Part shown: one piece after another, positions 30,797 to 40,724 of the stretch
How positions within the stretch are numbered: the first letter of the stretch is position 1
Layout: every line of letters starts with the position of its first letter
Assembly (NCBI GenBank): GCA_030531165.1
Contig: JAUNOI010000002.1
Span: 17,552 to 81,551 of the forward strand
Direction: 5' to 3'
Source of the DNA: Lachnospiraceae bacterium
GTDB taxonomy: Bacteria > Bacillota > Clostridia > Lachnospirales > Lachnospiraceae
DNA length: 64,000 nucleotides
Notes under the pieces: generated by a model
Told to the model about the DNA's origin: nothing
The model's input: only the letters and a program-made list of their open reading frames with translations
The model's database searches: none
Made by a program: the position numbers and the translations under genes

Positions 30797-32503
30797 TCAA
30801 GAGTCAAAGTCCTCTTTTAATCCCAAATACGGTAAAATATTTTGAAACAGCTCTTTTACCGCAGGAGCTGCAATCTGCCCTCCATAGTAAGTACCTTCCG
30901 GTTCATCAATTAACAGCAATGCCATAACTGTTGGATTTTCCGCACTGGCAAATCCAAGAAATGAGGCAATATATTTTCCTGTTCCTCTCGGAAGTTTTTC
31001 ACTTGTAGCAGTTTTCCCTCCTATATGATAACCTTCGATCTTTGCCTTGCTCCCCGATCCTTCTGAGACAACTGCCTCTAAAATCTCTTTCATCAGATCC
31101 GATGTTTCTTTTGAGATCGCATTCTTTTTTATTTCAAATTTCAACGCTTCTCCTTTTGTTTTCATCGCAAAATGAGGAGTAACGAGATTTCCTCCATTCA
31201 CAACTGCACTGGCAGCTCTCATAAGCTGTAACGGTGTAATTTGAATAGACTGCCCGAAAGACATCGTTGCCAGCTCGACCGAACCAATATTTTTCAACTG
31301 ATGCATAATGGAATTCGCCTCACCCGGAACATCAACACCTGTCTTTTCGAACAGGCCAAGTTTTTTATAATATTCATACATCTTCTTTTTTCCGACTCTG
31401 GCAGCAACATCCATAAAAACCGGGTTACAGGAGTTCATAACCCCCTCTTTAAATGTCTCGCTCCCATGTCCTCCAGCTTTATGACATCGGATTCGACGAT
31501 CTTCCACGATTCGAAAGCCCGGACAGGAAAATGTATCATTCACTGATACAGCACCAGATTCCAGTCCCGCAGTTGCCGTTACGATCTTAAACGTTGAACC
31601 CGGTTCATATGTATCACTTACACACCAGTTTCTCCACATTTTATTTAATTGATCCTGTTTTTCCTCTGCAGAAAGATTCGAAGAATTCTTTATATTCAGC
31701 GTATAAGGTTCATTTAAGTCAAATTCCGGAACATTTACCATCGCATATAGTTCCCCGTTTTGCGGATTCATAATAACAAGAGAGACGCGATTTGCTTTTT
31801 TCGCTTCTTTTACTTTTTCACAAATCTGCTGTGCATATTTCTGAATCTGAATATCCATCGTCAGATAAAGGTCTTTTCCGGCTACCGGTTCCTTTCTCTC
31901 CTCTTCTGCATTTGGTATTTCCCTGCCCTTACCGTCTGTCATCGTTAAAATAAAGCCATTTTCCCCTTTTAAGATGCTTTCATAGGTGACTTCCAGACCA
32001 ATGATTCCCTGGTTATCAGAGCCTGTAAATCCAAGAACCGTAGACGCCAGTTCTTCATAGGGATAATATCTTTTGTAATCTTCATCGATCATTACTCCCT
32101 CTAAATTCAGATTTCGTATTTCATTTGCCGTTTCTTTTGGCACATTGCTTTTTATCTTTTCCCGTGCGGAAACTTTTTCCACTTTCCTTCTTATCTCAGA
32201 TTCATCAATGGACAATCTATCCGACAGACTGGTGATTACTTTTTCTGGTTCTGTAATCTGACTGTGGATTACGGATATCGAACAGACCGCTTTATTCCCC
32301 GCCAGAACAACCCCATTTCGATCATATATGATTCCTCTCGGAGCTTTGATCTCTCTTTCCCTCTGATGCAGGTCCTTTGCCAGACCCGAATATTTATCCG
32401 ACTGGAAAATCATAACCCAGGCTAATCTTCCGGTAACAACAAAAACCAGAATCATGATCATTATAAAAAGTCCCAGCAACCTCTTTTTTTGAATGGTCCT
32501 CAT
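30797..32503 (-). CDS. spoVD: Class B penicillin-binding protein, SpoVD-like
   Basis: RG.IYDRNG, YEPGSTFK (SxxK), NSCN (SxN), GGKTAT (KTG variant); position between ftsI-like PBP and mraY. Confidence 0.72.
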   Translation of the reverse strand: MRTIQKKRLLGLFIMIMILVFVVTGRLAWVMIFQSDKYSGLAKDLHQREREIKAPRGIIYDRNGVVLAGNKAVCSISVIHSQITEPEKVITSLSDRLSIDESEIRRKVEKVSAREKIKSNVPKETANEIRNLNLEGVMIDEDYKRYYPYEELASTVLGFTGSDNQGIIGLEVTYESILKGENGFILTMTDGKGREIPNAEEERKEPVAGKDLYLTMDIQIQKYAQQICEKVKEAKKANRVSLVIMNPQNGELYAMVNVPEFDLNEPYTLNIKNSSNLSAEEKQDQLNKMWRNWCVSDTYEPGSTFKIVTATAGLESGAVSVNDTFSCPGFRIVEDRRIRCHKAGGHGSETFKEGVMNSCNPVFMDVAARVGKKKMYEYYKKLGLFEKTGVDVPGEANSIMHQLKNIGSVELATMSFGQSIQITPLQLMRAASAVVNGGNLVTPHFAMKTKGEALKFEIKKNAISKETSDLMKEILEAVVSEGSGSKAKIEGYHIGGKTATSEKLPRGTGKYIASFLGFASAENPTVMALLLIDEPEGTYYGGQIAAPAVKELFQNILPYLGLKEDFDS

Positions 32504-32504
32504 A

Positions 32505-32556
32505 TAAAAATACCCTATCTTAGTTTTATTATAATTTATTATTTCTAAGATAGGGT
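32505..32556 (-). terminator. Stem-loop/terminator between the two PBP genes
   Basis: ACCCTATCTTAG...CTAAGATAGGGT 12-bp stem then ATTTTT. Confidence 0.6.
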
Positions 32557-32574
32557 TATGATTATTTCTTGTTG

Positions 32575-34437
32575 TTAATCTGTTTCTTGTTTGATATTTT
32601 GTTCCACGTTCATATAATCTAATGAATTTTCTAAAATATCTCTCGTCATTTCAACTGCCAGACGCGTATTCGACTGACTGCCCTTTTTAATTTCATCAAT
32701 CGTTACATATACCATTAACTGTGGATTATCATATGGTGCAAATCCGATAAATGACACCAAACGTTTATTGGTTCCACGAGGATATTTCTCCGCAGTACCT
32801 GTTTTACCGGCAAGATCATATTCATCAATCTGTGCAACACGTGCAGTTCCGGATTCTACCGTCTCACGCATATAAGTTTTTAATTTTTCACACGTTTCTT
32901 CACTCACCGTCTTTTTCACAAGCGTTTTTCCGATATTTTTTTCAACATTACCGTTGCTGTCTAAAATCTGTTTTACGACATGCGGCTGATAATAATTCCC
33001 GCCATTGATCAAGGAACAAAATGCGGAACCCAGCTGTATCATCGTACATTGAAAACTCTGTCCGAAGGAACTTGTAGCAAGATCGACATCCGCCATATCT
33101 TCGTTATGTAAAACGCTGGATGCACCCGCTTCTCCCGGAAGATCAATTCCCGTTTTAGAACCGAACCCAAATTCTTTTTGATATTTGGTAAAATTTTTAC
33201 TTCCAACTTTTGCGGCAATCTGCATCATCGCATCATTACAGGACTTTGCAATGGTAGTAGACAATGGGATCACTCCGTGCACATGTGAACAACGGATCGT
33301 TGTCCCTGAAATTGTTTGGTAACCATTGCAGGTAAACATCTCATCGCCTGTTAAAACTCCGGTTTCCAGCGCCATCGCAACATTAAATGGCTTAAAAGTG
33401 GAACCAGGCTCATATGTAGAACTTACAATATAATTGTTCCAGATCGAACTGTAAGCGTTTGTCTTTTCTTTGTTATCCATCTTTTTTAATTTGGATTTTT
33501 TAAAATATTTTTCCAAATTATCCTCACTCATCGGATTTGCCGGATCATACGTCTTGGAATTTGCCATCGCGAGCACTTCCCCATTATTAGGATTCATGAC
33601 TAATACAGAAGTATTTTTACTTCCATATTTTTTTTGGAATTTATTCAGATATTTTTCTGCATATTTTTGAATCGTCATATCAATCGTAGAGACGAGAGTT
33701 TTTCCATTCACCGCTTCATCGATGGATGTATCATACTCCAGTTCTTCATTGAGATATGTATATCGTCTTCCATTCGTGCCTTTTAAAGTAGAGTTATAGT
33801 ATTGCTCCATTCCACCTACGCCAATATCGCCATCGGATACAAAACCGATCGCATGGCATGCAAGTGTATGATTCGGATAGATGCGTTCATAAGATTCATC
33901 CAGCCAGATTCCATTTAAATCCTCGCCTTCCTCACTCTTCAGATACGCTTTTAATCCTTGAATCTCTTCTTCGGTTTTCCTCTCACAAAGCGTATCATAA
34001 TAGTAGGAATCGGAATTACTCAGGGCTTTGCTCACATCAGCTGATGAAACACCTAAATATTTGATCAATGCCTTTGTTATTAATTTTTCATTTTCTGTCT
34101 TAACTTCGGCGCCATTTTTCTTCGTGCGCTTTCCAATAATATTTTTTGGTTCTAAGACTACTTTATATAATTTTCTGGATGTAGCAAGTACATTTCCTTT
34201 TGCATCCAGAATATCCCCGCGCTTATAGCTGATCTCCGTATTCATATATTGCTGCTGGGCCAATACCGTTTTCTTATAACTTTCCTGTTTAAATATGCCC
34301 AGATAGATCAATCTTCCCATGATTACAAATAGCACGATTAATAAAAAAGCCATTACAAAGATCAGACGTGCCCCCATAACTCCGGTTATCCTTCGATACG
34401 GCTTAATTCTGCGTCTTTTTTTTCTCATGATCATCAC
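32575..34437 (-). CDS. Class B penicillin-binding protein (FtsI/PbpB-like)
   Basis: RG.ILD, YEPGSTFK, KSCN, GKTGTAEK motifs; dcw position. Confidence 0.88.
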   Translation of the reverse strand: MMIMRKKRRRIKPYRRITGVMGARLIFVMAFLLIVLFVIMGRLIYLGIFKQESYKKTVLAQQQYMNTEISYKRGDILDAKGNVLATSRKLYKVVLEPKNIIGKRTKKNGAEVKTENEKLITKALIKYLGVSSADVSKALSNSDSYYYDTLCERKTEEEIQGLKAYLKSEEGEDLNGIWLDESYERIYPNHTLACHAIGFVSDGDIGVGGMEQYYNSTLKGTNGRRYTYLNEELEYDTSIDEAVNGKTLVSTIDMTIQKYAEKYLNKFQKKYGSKNTSVLVMNPNNGEVLAMANSKTYDPANPMSEDNLEKYFKKSKLKKMDNKEKTNAYSSIWNNYIVSSTYEPGSTFKPFNVAMALETGVLTGDEMFTCNGYQTISGTTIRCSHVHGVIPLSTTIAKSCNDAMMQIAAKVGSKNFTKYQKEFGFGSKTGIDLPGEAGASSVLHNEDMADVDLATSSFGQSFQCTMIQLGSAFCSLINGGNYYQPHVVKQILDSNGNVEKNIGKTLVKKTVSEETCEKLKTYMRETVESGTARVAQIDEYDLAGKTGTAEKYPRGTNKRLVSFIGFAPYDNPQLMVYVTIDEIKKGSQSNTRLAVEMTRDILENSLDYMNVEQNIKQETD

Positions 34438-34442
34438 CTGTT

Positions 34443-34892
34443 CTATTCAGGAATGGCTTCATATTGTCTTACATAGTCCTTATTTTCATTACTATATTTT
34501 ATAATATGACTCTCCGATGGTTTTACCATTCCGAGCTTTTCTGTTGCTTTCTTTTTCATTTCACTATCATCAACCTCAGAATAAATCTCAGCTTCTAAAT
34601 CATTATTTTCAATCTGCGCTGAATTTAATTCCGTCTTTAATCCGGCAATCTCCTTTCGCATCTGGATATTGCCCGATGTAAGATGCACATACGAAATACA
34701 CATAAATGCAATTAAAACAATCGCAAGATATATTTTCTTATTCTTCCATTCAATCTCAAAAGAATTTTGAGAAGGTGCATTTCTCTTTTTTCTTTTTTTC
34801 TCTTTTGGTTTTTCCGGCTTTGGAGCAGGAGCAGGTTCTGCAGCTCGTGCGGTATTGCCATAAATTAAATGATATCTTTCTTCTGTTGTCAT
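34443..34892 (-). CDS. ftsL: FtsL-like cell division protein
   Basis: Single TM, coiled coil, A.EKLGMVKP motif; after rsmH. Confidence 0.7.
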   Translation of the reverse strand: MTTEERYHLIYGNTARAAEPAPAPKPEKPKEKKRKKRNAPSQNSFEIEWKNKKIYLAIVLIAFMCISYVHLTSGNIQMRKEIAGLKTELNSAQIENNDLEAEIYSEVDDSEMKKKATEKLGMVKPSESHIIKYSNENKDYVRQYEAIPE

Positions 34893-34905
34893 CTCTTCTC
34901 ACCCC

Positions 34906-35844
34906 TTAAACGTGCCGTTCAAATACGCGAAGTTTTGAACTTTTGGCCCTTTTATTATTTTCTATCTCCTCTGTCGTCGGTACAACAGGTTTTCTCGTAA
35001 TAACTTTTCCTTTTGATTTTCTTCCGCATGTACATACCGGAAAGGATGGAGGGCATATACATGGATTTTCATTTCTCTTATAAATGGTCTTAACGATCCG
35101 GTCTTCGAGCGAATGGAAAGTAATAATGCAGATTCTTCCATTCTCATTTAACAGATCGATCATCGTATCAAGCGTATCATTGAGTACTTCTAATTCATGG
35201 TTGAGTTCAATCCGAATCGCCTGAAATGTCTTCTTCGCAGGATGTCCGGACTTTGCACGGACTTTCGCCGGAATTGCATGATCGATAATCTGAATCAACT
35301 GTCCGGTTGTCTCGATCGGCTGTTTTTTTCGTTCCATGATAATGTGTTTCGCAATATTTTTTGCGAACTTATCTTCTCCATAATCCCGGATCATATGAAA
35401 CAGTTCCATCTCAGAATAATCATTAACAATATCTCTTGCCGTCTTACTCTGCCGCTGATCCATACGCATATCGAGCGGTACATCCTCCCGGTAAGTAAAG
35501 CCTCTTGCCGCATTATCCAGCTGATAAGAAGATACTCCAAGATCAAGAACGATTCCATCGACTTTTTCAATACCAAGATCACTCAATACCTTTTTTATAT
35601 CCGCATAATTACTTCTTACAATATCAATCCTGTCTTTAAAAGGTTCCAGCCGTCTCCCAGCCGCTTCAATAGCTGCTGCATCCTGATCAATCCCAATAAA
35701 ATGACCGCAACTTCCCAATCGCCTGCAAACTTCATAGGCATGTCCACCGCCTCCAAGCGTTCCATCCACATAAATACCATCCGGTTTTATATTCAGATAT
35801 TCAATTGTCTCGTCGAGTAGTACTGACTGATGTTTAAATTCCAT
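34906..35844 (-). CDS. rsmH: 16S rRNA m4C1402 methyltransferase
   Basis: [45 protein letters not shown]. Confidence 0.97.
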   Translation of the reverse strand: MEFKHQSVLLDETIEYLNIKPDGIYVDGTLGGGGHAYEVCRRLGSCGHFIGIDQDAAAIEAAGRRLEPFKDRIDIVRSNYADIKKVLSDLGIEKVDGIVLDLGVSSYQLDNAARGFTYREDVPLDMRMDQRQSKTARDIVNDYSEMELFHMIRDYGEDKFAKNIAKHIIMERKKQPIETTGQLIQIIDHAIPAKVRAKSGHPAKKTFQAIRIELNHELEVLNDTLDTMIDLLNENGRICIITFHSLEDRIVKTIYKRNENPCICPPSFPVCTCGRKSKGKVITRKPVVPTTEEIENNKRAKSSKLRVFERHV

Positions 35845-35897
35845 AAGATCTTTCCTGTCCGTCATCACTGACTGCCTTCAAAATATTCGGGACACGC

Positions 35898-36332
35898 TTA
35901 AAAATTAAATCCCAGTTCCTGAAGATTGGACGCAATATTGTCCATATTATCAAAGGAGTTCGCCGCATCCCATCGCTCCTTGCTCCAGATTTCCAGTTTG
36001 TTCAAACTTCCTGCCACAACGACTTCTTTTTGTATATCCGCAAATTCTCTCAATGTCTGCGGAATCAGAATTCTACCCTGCTTATCAAACTGTCCGTTTG
36101 TCGCTCCAGTTGTAAAAAAACGTACAAACTGACGGGCGTCTTTATTAAATGTAACTGGCAGTTGTCGGAGTTTGCCTTCAAATTCTTCCCACTCTTTTTC
36201 AGGAAATAGAAAAAGACAACCATCCAATCCCCTTGTCAGATAAAATTGCTCTCCAATCTCTTCTCGAAACTTTGCCGGGATTATCAACCTGCCCTTTGTA
36301 TCTGCCGTATGTCGATATTCACTCATGAACAT
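35898..36332 (-). CDS. mraZ: Division/cell wall cluster transcriptional repressor MraZ
   Basis: Two DxxGR motifs (DTKGRLIIP, DKQGRILIP), RGLDGCL, EIWS. Confidence 0.96.
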   Translation of the reverse strand: MFMSEYRHTADTKGRLIIPAKFREEIGEQFYLTRGLDGCLFLFPEKEWEEFEGKLRQLPVTFNKDARQFVRFFTTGATNGQFDKQGRILIPQTLREFADIQKEVVVAGSLNKLEIWSKERWDAANSFDNMDNIASNLQELGFNF

Positions 36333-36360
36333 AACATCACCTGCTTCCGTAGAAATAGGG

Positions 36361-36499
36361 TTGTCCACATTTAATCTCCACTTTTATGCATTTATCCACC
36401 ACTATTCCCCACCGAGTTACTCTTTTATTGTAGTGGATGATGTGTAAAATTGCAAGGAGAAACTTCCTTCCGATCAGATTTTTTAAAAAGTTATCCACA
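36361..36499. promoter_or_regulatory. MraZ repeats and DnaA boxes upstream of mraZ
   Basis: Minus-strand GTGGGG/GTGGTG/GTGGAG; TTATCCACA 36491-99, TTATCCACC 36392-400, TTGTCCACA 36361-69. Confidence 0.7.
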
Positions 36500-36559
36500 A
36501 AAAAAGAGATTTGATCATTCCTTTTCACCAAATCCCTTGTTTCTTTGTCCTTTTTCGAC

Positions 36560-37420
36560 TCATATTTTCTTTTTTTTATGATTTTTTATCATCAGAAAAA
36601 CACCAATCAGAACTAAAATCAGCGCAAGAAGCTGAGAAGCTCGGATTCCAGTTCCCATAAAATACAGTGAATCCGTCCGCAATCCTTCAATCCAAAATCT
36701 GCCTATTCCATATCCGATAAAATAAACCGCCATCATCTGACCATCCCACTTCTTCCTCTTTCGGAACCACAATAAAAATAACAGCACGCCGAGATTCCAA
36801 AGTCCTTCATATAAAAATGTTGGATGTACCTGGATATAAGACTGATTTCCGACTGTGACGAGATGATCAAGTACGTCCGAAGCTGCAAGATCGGAAATAC
36901 GGTCTCCAAAAAAGTATTGCACCGGTATCTGCATCGCGAATAATCCATCTGTATATCCGCCAAATGCTTCGCGGTTGAAAAAATTCCCCCATCGTCCGAG
37001 AATCTGTCCTGCAAGCAATCCCATAACAGCAGTATCCGCCATCAAACGCGGGGAGTATTTTCGGACTTTACAAAACAAAAACAACACGAAGATCGCCGCT
37101 AAAACCCCTCCATAGATTGCCATTCCGCCGTTTCTCGTTAAAACGATCTCATCCAGATGGTTCTTATAATAATCCCATGAAAACAACACATAATATGCCC
37201 TTGCTCCGATAATCGAAGGAATCGTCATCGTCAGCAAATAATCGAGATAGATTTCGGGATCCTGACCGGTTCTCTTTGCTTCATGCTGCGCAATCATAAG
37301 CCCGGCTAAAAATCCGAACGCTATAATCATTCCATAAAATTTAATCTCAAATCCAAACACGATAATTCCAGTTCCTACGTGCGGAAATACCAAATTTAAA
37401 TTCGGAAAACGAATATCCAT
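36560..37420 (-). CDS. lgt: Prolipoprotein diacylglyceryl transferase
   Basis: GARAYYV, GGMAIYGG, GRWGNFFNREAFG, HPTFLYE, RFWIEGLR. Confidence 0.96.
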   Translation of the reverse strand: MDIRFPNLNLVFPHVGTGIIVFGFEIKFYGMIIAFGFLAGLMIAQHEAKRTGQDPEIYLDYLLTMTIPSIIGARAYYVLFSWDYYKNHLDEIVLTRNGGMAIYGGVLAAIFVLFLFCKVRKYSPRLMADTAVMGLLAGQILGRWGNFFNREAFGGYTDGLFAMQIPVQYFFGDRISDLAASDVLDHLVTVGNQSYIQVHPTFLYEGLWNLGVLLFLLWFRKRKKWDGQMMAVYFIGYGIGRFWIEGLRTDSLYFMGTGIRASQLLALILVLIGVFLMIKNHKKKKI

Positions 37421-37593
37421 ATTTCATCACCCTTTTCATTTCTTCTAAAATCTTCTGAGTAATAGTTTATCGATTCTGTTCCCTCTTGTCAATTCCGACC
37501 TCAATATGATACACTTAGAATCAGTATGGCATTTTGTCATTTTAATATGAAAAAACCAGGAAATATAGAAATAACGAAAGAAGGATGACTACC

Positions 37594-38691
37594 ATGAAAT
37601 TAGGCATAGTAGGTTTACCGAACGTCGGTAAAAGTACATTATTCAACTCTCTGACAAAAGCAGGTGCAGAATCGGCAAACTATCCATTCTGTACGATCGA
37701 CCCGAATGTCGGAATCGTTGCCGTTCCCGATGAACGTTTAAACAAATTGGACGAGATGTATCACTCGAAAAAAATCGTTCCTGCAGTCATTGAATTTGTT
37801 GATATTGCAGGGTTGGTAAAAGGAGCCTCCAAAGGAGAGGGTCTCGGAAATCAGTTCTTATCGAATATCCGCGAAGTTGATGCGATCGTTCATGTCGTAC
37901 GCTGTTTTGAGAATGAGAACATCGTCCATGTAGACGGTTCCATCAATCCGCTCCGCGATATTGAAACGATCAATTTCGAATTGATTTTCTCGGATATTGA
38001 ACTGCTTGAAAGACGAATTGCAAAATCCTCCCGCGGTGCGAAAAATGACAAAGCACTCGCTCAGGAAGTTGCATTTCTGACGAAAGTAAAAGAACATCTT
38101 GAAGACGGCAAACTTGCAAAGACATTCGAAGTTGACGATGAAGATTTACAGGAAGTATTAGACTCCTGTGACCTGCTGACGACTAAACCGGTTATCTTTG
38201 CTGCAAACGTTGATGAGGACAATTTAGAAGATGACGGTGCATCCAATCCATTTGTGGCAGAGGTTCGCGAATACGCAAAAGAGATGGATGCAGAAGTGTT
38301 CTGCGTCTGCGCTCAGATCGAACAGGAAATCTCCGAATTAGATGATGAAGAGAAAAAAGAATTCCTCGAAGATCTTGGATTAGAAGAATCCGGACTTGAA
38401 AAGCTGATTCGTGCAAGTTATTCTCTGCTCGGTCTGATCAGCTATCTGACCGCCGGTGAACCGGAGGTCCGCGCATGGACCATTACAAAAGGTACAAAAG
38501 CTCCTCAGGCAGCCGGTAAGATCCACAGCGACTTTGAGCGCGGCTTTATTAAAGCAGAAGTAGTAGCATATGACGATCTGATGGAATGTGGAAGCATGGT
38601 TGCCGCAAAAGAAAAAGGTCTGGTACGTCAGGAAGGAAAAGAATATATTATGAAAGACGGAGATGTTGTATTATTCCGTTTCAATGTATAA
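37594..38691 (+). CDS. ychF: Redox-regulated ribosome-binding ATPase YchF
   Basis: GIVGLPNVGKST, NYPFCTIDPN, DIAGLV.GAS.GEGLGN, AG.IHSDFERGFI. Confidence 0.97.
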   Translation: MKLGIVGLPNVGKSTLFNSLTKAGAESANYPFCTIDPNVGIVAVPDERLNKLDEMYHSKKIVPAVIEFVDIAGLVKGASKGEGLGNQFLSNIREVDAIVHVVRCFENENIVHVDGSINPLRDIETINFELIFSDIELLERRIAKSSRGAKNDKALAQEVAFLTKVKEHLEDGKLAKTFEVDDEDLQEVLDSCDLLTTKPVIFAANVDEDNLEDDGASNPFVAEVREYAKEMDAEVFCVCAQIEQEISELDDEEKKEFLEDLGLEESGLEKLIRASYSLLGLISYLTAGEPEVRAWTITKGTKAPQAAGKIHSDFERGFIKAEVVAYDDLMECGSMVAAKEKGLVRQEGKEYIMKDGDVVLFRFNV

Positions 38692-38709
38692 GAAATTCAT
38701 AGAAAAGAT

Positions 38710-38739
38710 AGAAAACCCGCAGATTCCTGCGGGTTTTCT
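38710..38739. terminator. Bidirectional terminator
   Basis: AGAAAACCCGCAG-attc-CTGCGGGTTTTCT. Confidence 0.88.
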
Positions 38740-38743
38740 CCAT

Positions 38744-39295
38744 TTATGTATAACTTTCTATTATCCTCTGGGCAGTTTCCACTAAAGTCATACCACTGTC
38801 CATACTCCGTTTTTGCAAATAACTGTGGGCATCCGCTTCTGTTAAACAATTGTTCTGTATCAACAAACTTTTTGCTGACTGAATCAGTGCTTTTTCTTCC
38901 GGCGAACGCTCTCTCAATTTTCTCTTCCGTTTTTTCTTCTGTTCCGAAATTTGAGAAAGAATATTGTGGACTTGCTCTGCCAATTCATACACCTTTATCG
39001 GCATTGACATACATGTAAGATGATCCAGATATGGAACCTCCTCCAGATAAGCCCTCGATGCAATCAACAGCATCTCAAATTCCTTTGGCATATATTCACG
39101 AAGTTCATCGTACATCATTCGATCCGAATACTTGTATCCGCAGATGATCAATCCATCCTCTAAATCATTAAAGCGACTGATCACCTGACTTCCGGCAGTA
39201 CAGACTGCCGTGACATCAATACCGCTCCGTACCAAAATATTCCGAATATTTTTTGCATCACTCGGTTTTGGAAACAGTACGATAATATTGATCAT
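38744..39295 (-). CDS. ANTAR-domain RNA-binding antiterminator with a pseudo-receiver domain (NitR-like)
   Basis: C-terminal I..AK.LL.....TEADAH.YLQKRSMD.G..L.ETA ANTAR signature; receiver fold lacking the conserved Asp residues. Confidence 0.88.
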   Translation of the reverse strand: MINIIVLFPKPSDAKNIRNILVRSGIDVTAVCTAGSQVISRFNDLEDGLIICGYKYSDRMMYDELREYMPKEFEMLLIASRAYLEEVPYLDHLTCMSMPIKVYELAEQVHNILSQISEQKKKRKRKLRERSPEEKALIQSAKSLLIQNNCLTEADAHSYLQKRSMDSGMTLVETAQRIIESYT

Positions 39296-39327
39296 CTCCC
39301 CACCTCCAGTCCTTCTTCTGAAAGCTA

Positions 39328-40659
39328 TTAAATTTTATACAAATATTCATTAATTTCCCAATCAGTTACTTGACTCTGATAAGATCGTAATTCTGCCTTT
39401 TTTGCGCTAATATACTTATAAAAGATATGATCTCCAAGTACTTCTTTCATAAATGCCGAATTACGAAAAGCCCGAATAGATTCACGCATATCTCTTGGAA
39501 GAGACCGAATTCCCATCGCTTCTTTTTCCTCATGCGTCATCTCGTAAAGATTTCCGACGTTATGTGGACCCGGCTCCAATTCCTCTTCGATTCCCGCCAG
39601 ACCGGCTGCAAGACATACTGCCAATGCAAGATACGGATTCGTAGCCGCATCCGGAGAACGAAGTTCTAATCTCGTTCCGACACCTCTTGCTGCCGGAATC
39701 CGAATCAGCGGACTGCGGTTGCTCGTCGACCAGGTAACATCGATCGGAGCCTCATAGCCAGGAACTAAACGTTTATAAGAATTAATCAATGGATTCGTAA
39801 TCAATGTCATTTCCGGCGCATAACGAAGAATTCCTGCAAGAAAATGATATCCCTCCTTGCTGATTCCCAAATGTCCCTTAGAATCTGCAAATATATTTTT
39901 GCCATTTTTCCACAAAGACATATTAATATGCATGCCGGAACCATCAACATTCGAAACTGGTTTTGGCATAAAGCTTGCGTATAATCCATGGCGTTTTGCA
40001 ATTGATTTTACAACCAGCTTAAATGTCATAATATTATCCGCTGTTTTTAATGCATTTGTGTATTTAAAATCAATTTCATGCTGTGCAGGTGCAACTTCAT
40101 GATGAGATGCTTCGATTTCAAATCCCATTTCTTCCAATGTTAGTACGATATCCCGGCGGGCATTTTCCCCCAGATCCAGCGGAGCAACATCAAAATATCC
40201 CGCTTTTTCATGAGTAACTGTTGTCGGTCTTCCCTCTTCATCCGTATGAAACAAGAAAAACTCACATTCCGGGCCGACACAAAAATTATATCCCATTTTT
40301 ACCGCTTTGCGGAGCACACGCTTTAATACGCCACGCGGATCGCCTTCAAAAGGAATTCCATCCGGACGATAAACATCACAGATCAGACGGGCAACCCTTC
40401 CGCGGGAAGATCTCCATGTAAAAATACTAAATGTATCCAGATCCGGATATAAATACATATCCGATTCGTCAATTCGTACAAATCCATCGACGGAAGATCC
40501 GTCAAACATGCATTTATTATCCAGTGCTTTTTCTAATTGCCGTGCAGTAATCGCAACATTTTTCAGTGTTCCAAATACGTCGGTAAACTGAAGCCGAATA
40601 AATTCAACATTATTTTCCTCTACAAGATGCATAATATCTTGCTTTGTATAATGAGGCAT
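39328..40659 (-). CDS. glnA: Glutamine synthetase type I
   Basis: FDGSS, HHEVAP.QHEI, FMPKP...GSGMH, NSYKRLVPGYEAP, RLELRSPD..NPYL; GAAAGGAG SD. Confidence 0.96.
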   Translation of the reverse strand: MPHYTKQDIMHLVEENNVEFIRLQFTDVFGTLKNVAITARQLEKALDNKCMFDGSSVDGFVRIDESDMYLYPDLDTFSIFTWRSSRGRVARLICDVYRPDGIPFEGDPRGVLKRVLRKAVKMGYNFCVGPECEFFLFHTDEEGRPTTVTHEKAGYFDVAPLDLGENARRDIVLTLEEMGFEIEASHHEVAPAQHEIDFKYTNALKTADNIMTFKLVVKSIAKRHGLYASFMPKPVSNVDGSGMHINMSLWKNGKNIFADSKGHLGISKEGYHFLAGILRYAPEMTLITNPLINSYKRLVPGYEAPIDVTWSTSNRSPLIRIPAARGVGTRLELRSPDAATNPYLALAVCLAAGLAGIEEELEPGPHNVGNLYEMTHEEKEAMGIRSLPRDMRESIRAFRNSAFMKEVLGDHIFYKYISAKKAELRSYQSQVTDWEINEYLYKI

Positions 40660-40724
40660 AATCAAACTCCTTTCCTGATCATACGCAGCCATGAAAACCA
40701 TACATGACTGCGTCAACTTACTTC

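Noticed and set aside
35197-35820. 207-aa plus-strand ORF and the many other 60-170 aa ORFs in the track (e.g. 179-619, 7984-8502, 60940-61341)
   Set aside because: Antisense or off-frame shadows of well-supported genes; no SD or recognisable motifs
25176-36332. Absence of murE/murF/murG/ftsA from the dcw cluster
   Set aside because: Reduced dcw clusters are common in Clostridia, and absence cannot be judged from one window
36361-36499. Replication origin suggested by DnaA boxes
   Set aside because: Only three boxes and no dnaA/dnaN nearby; a promoter-regulatory role fits better
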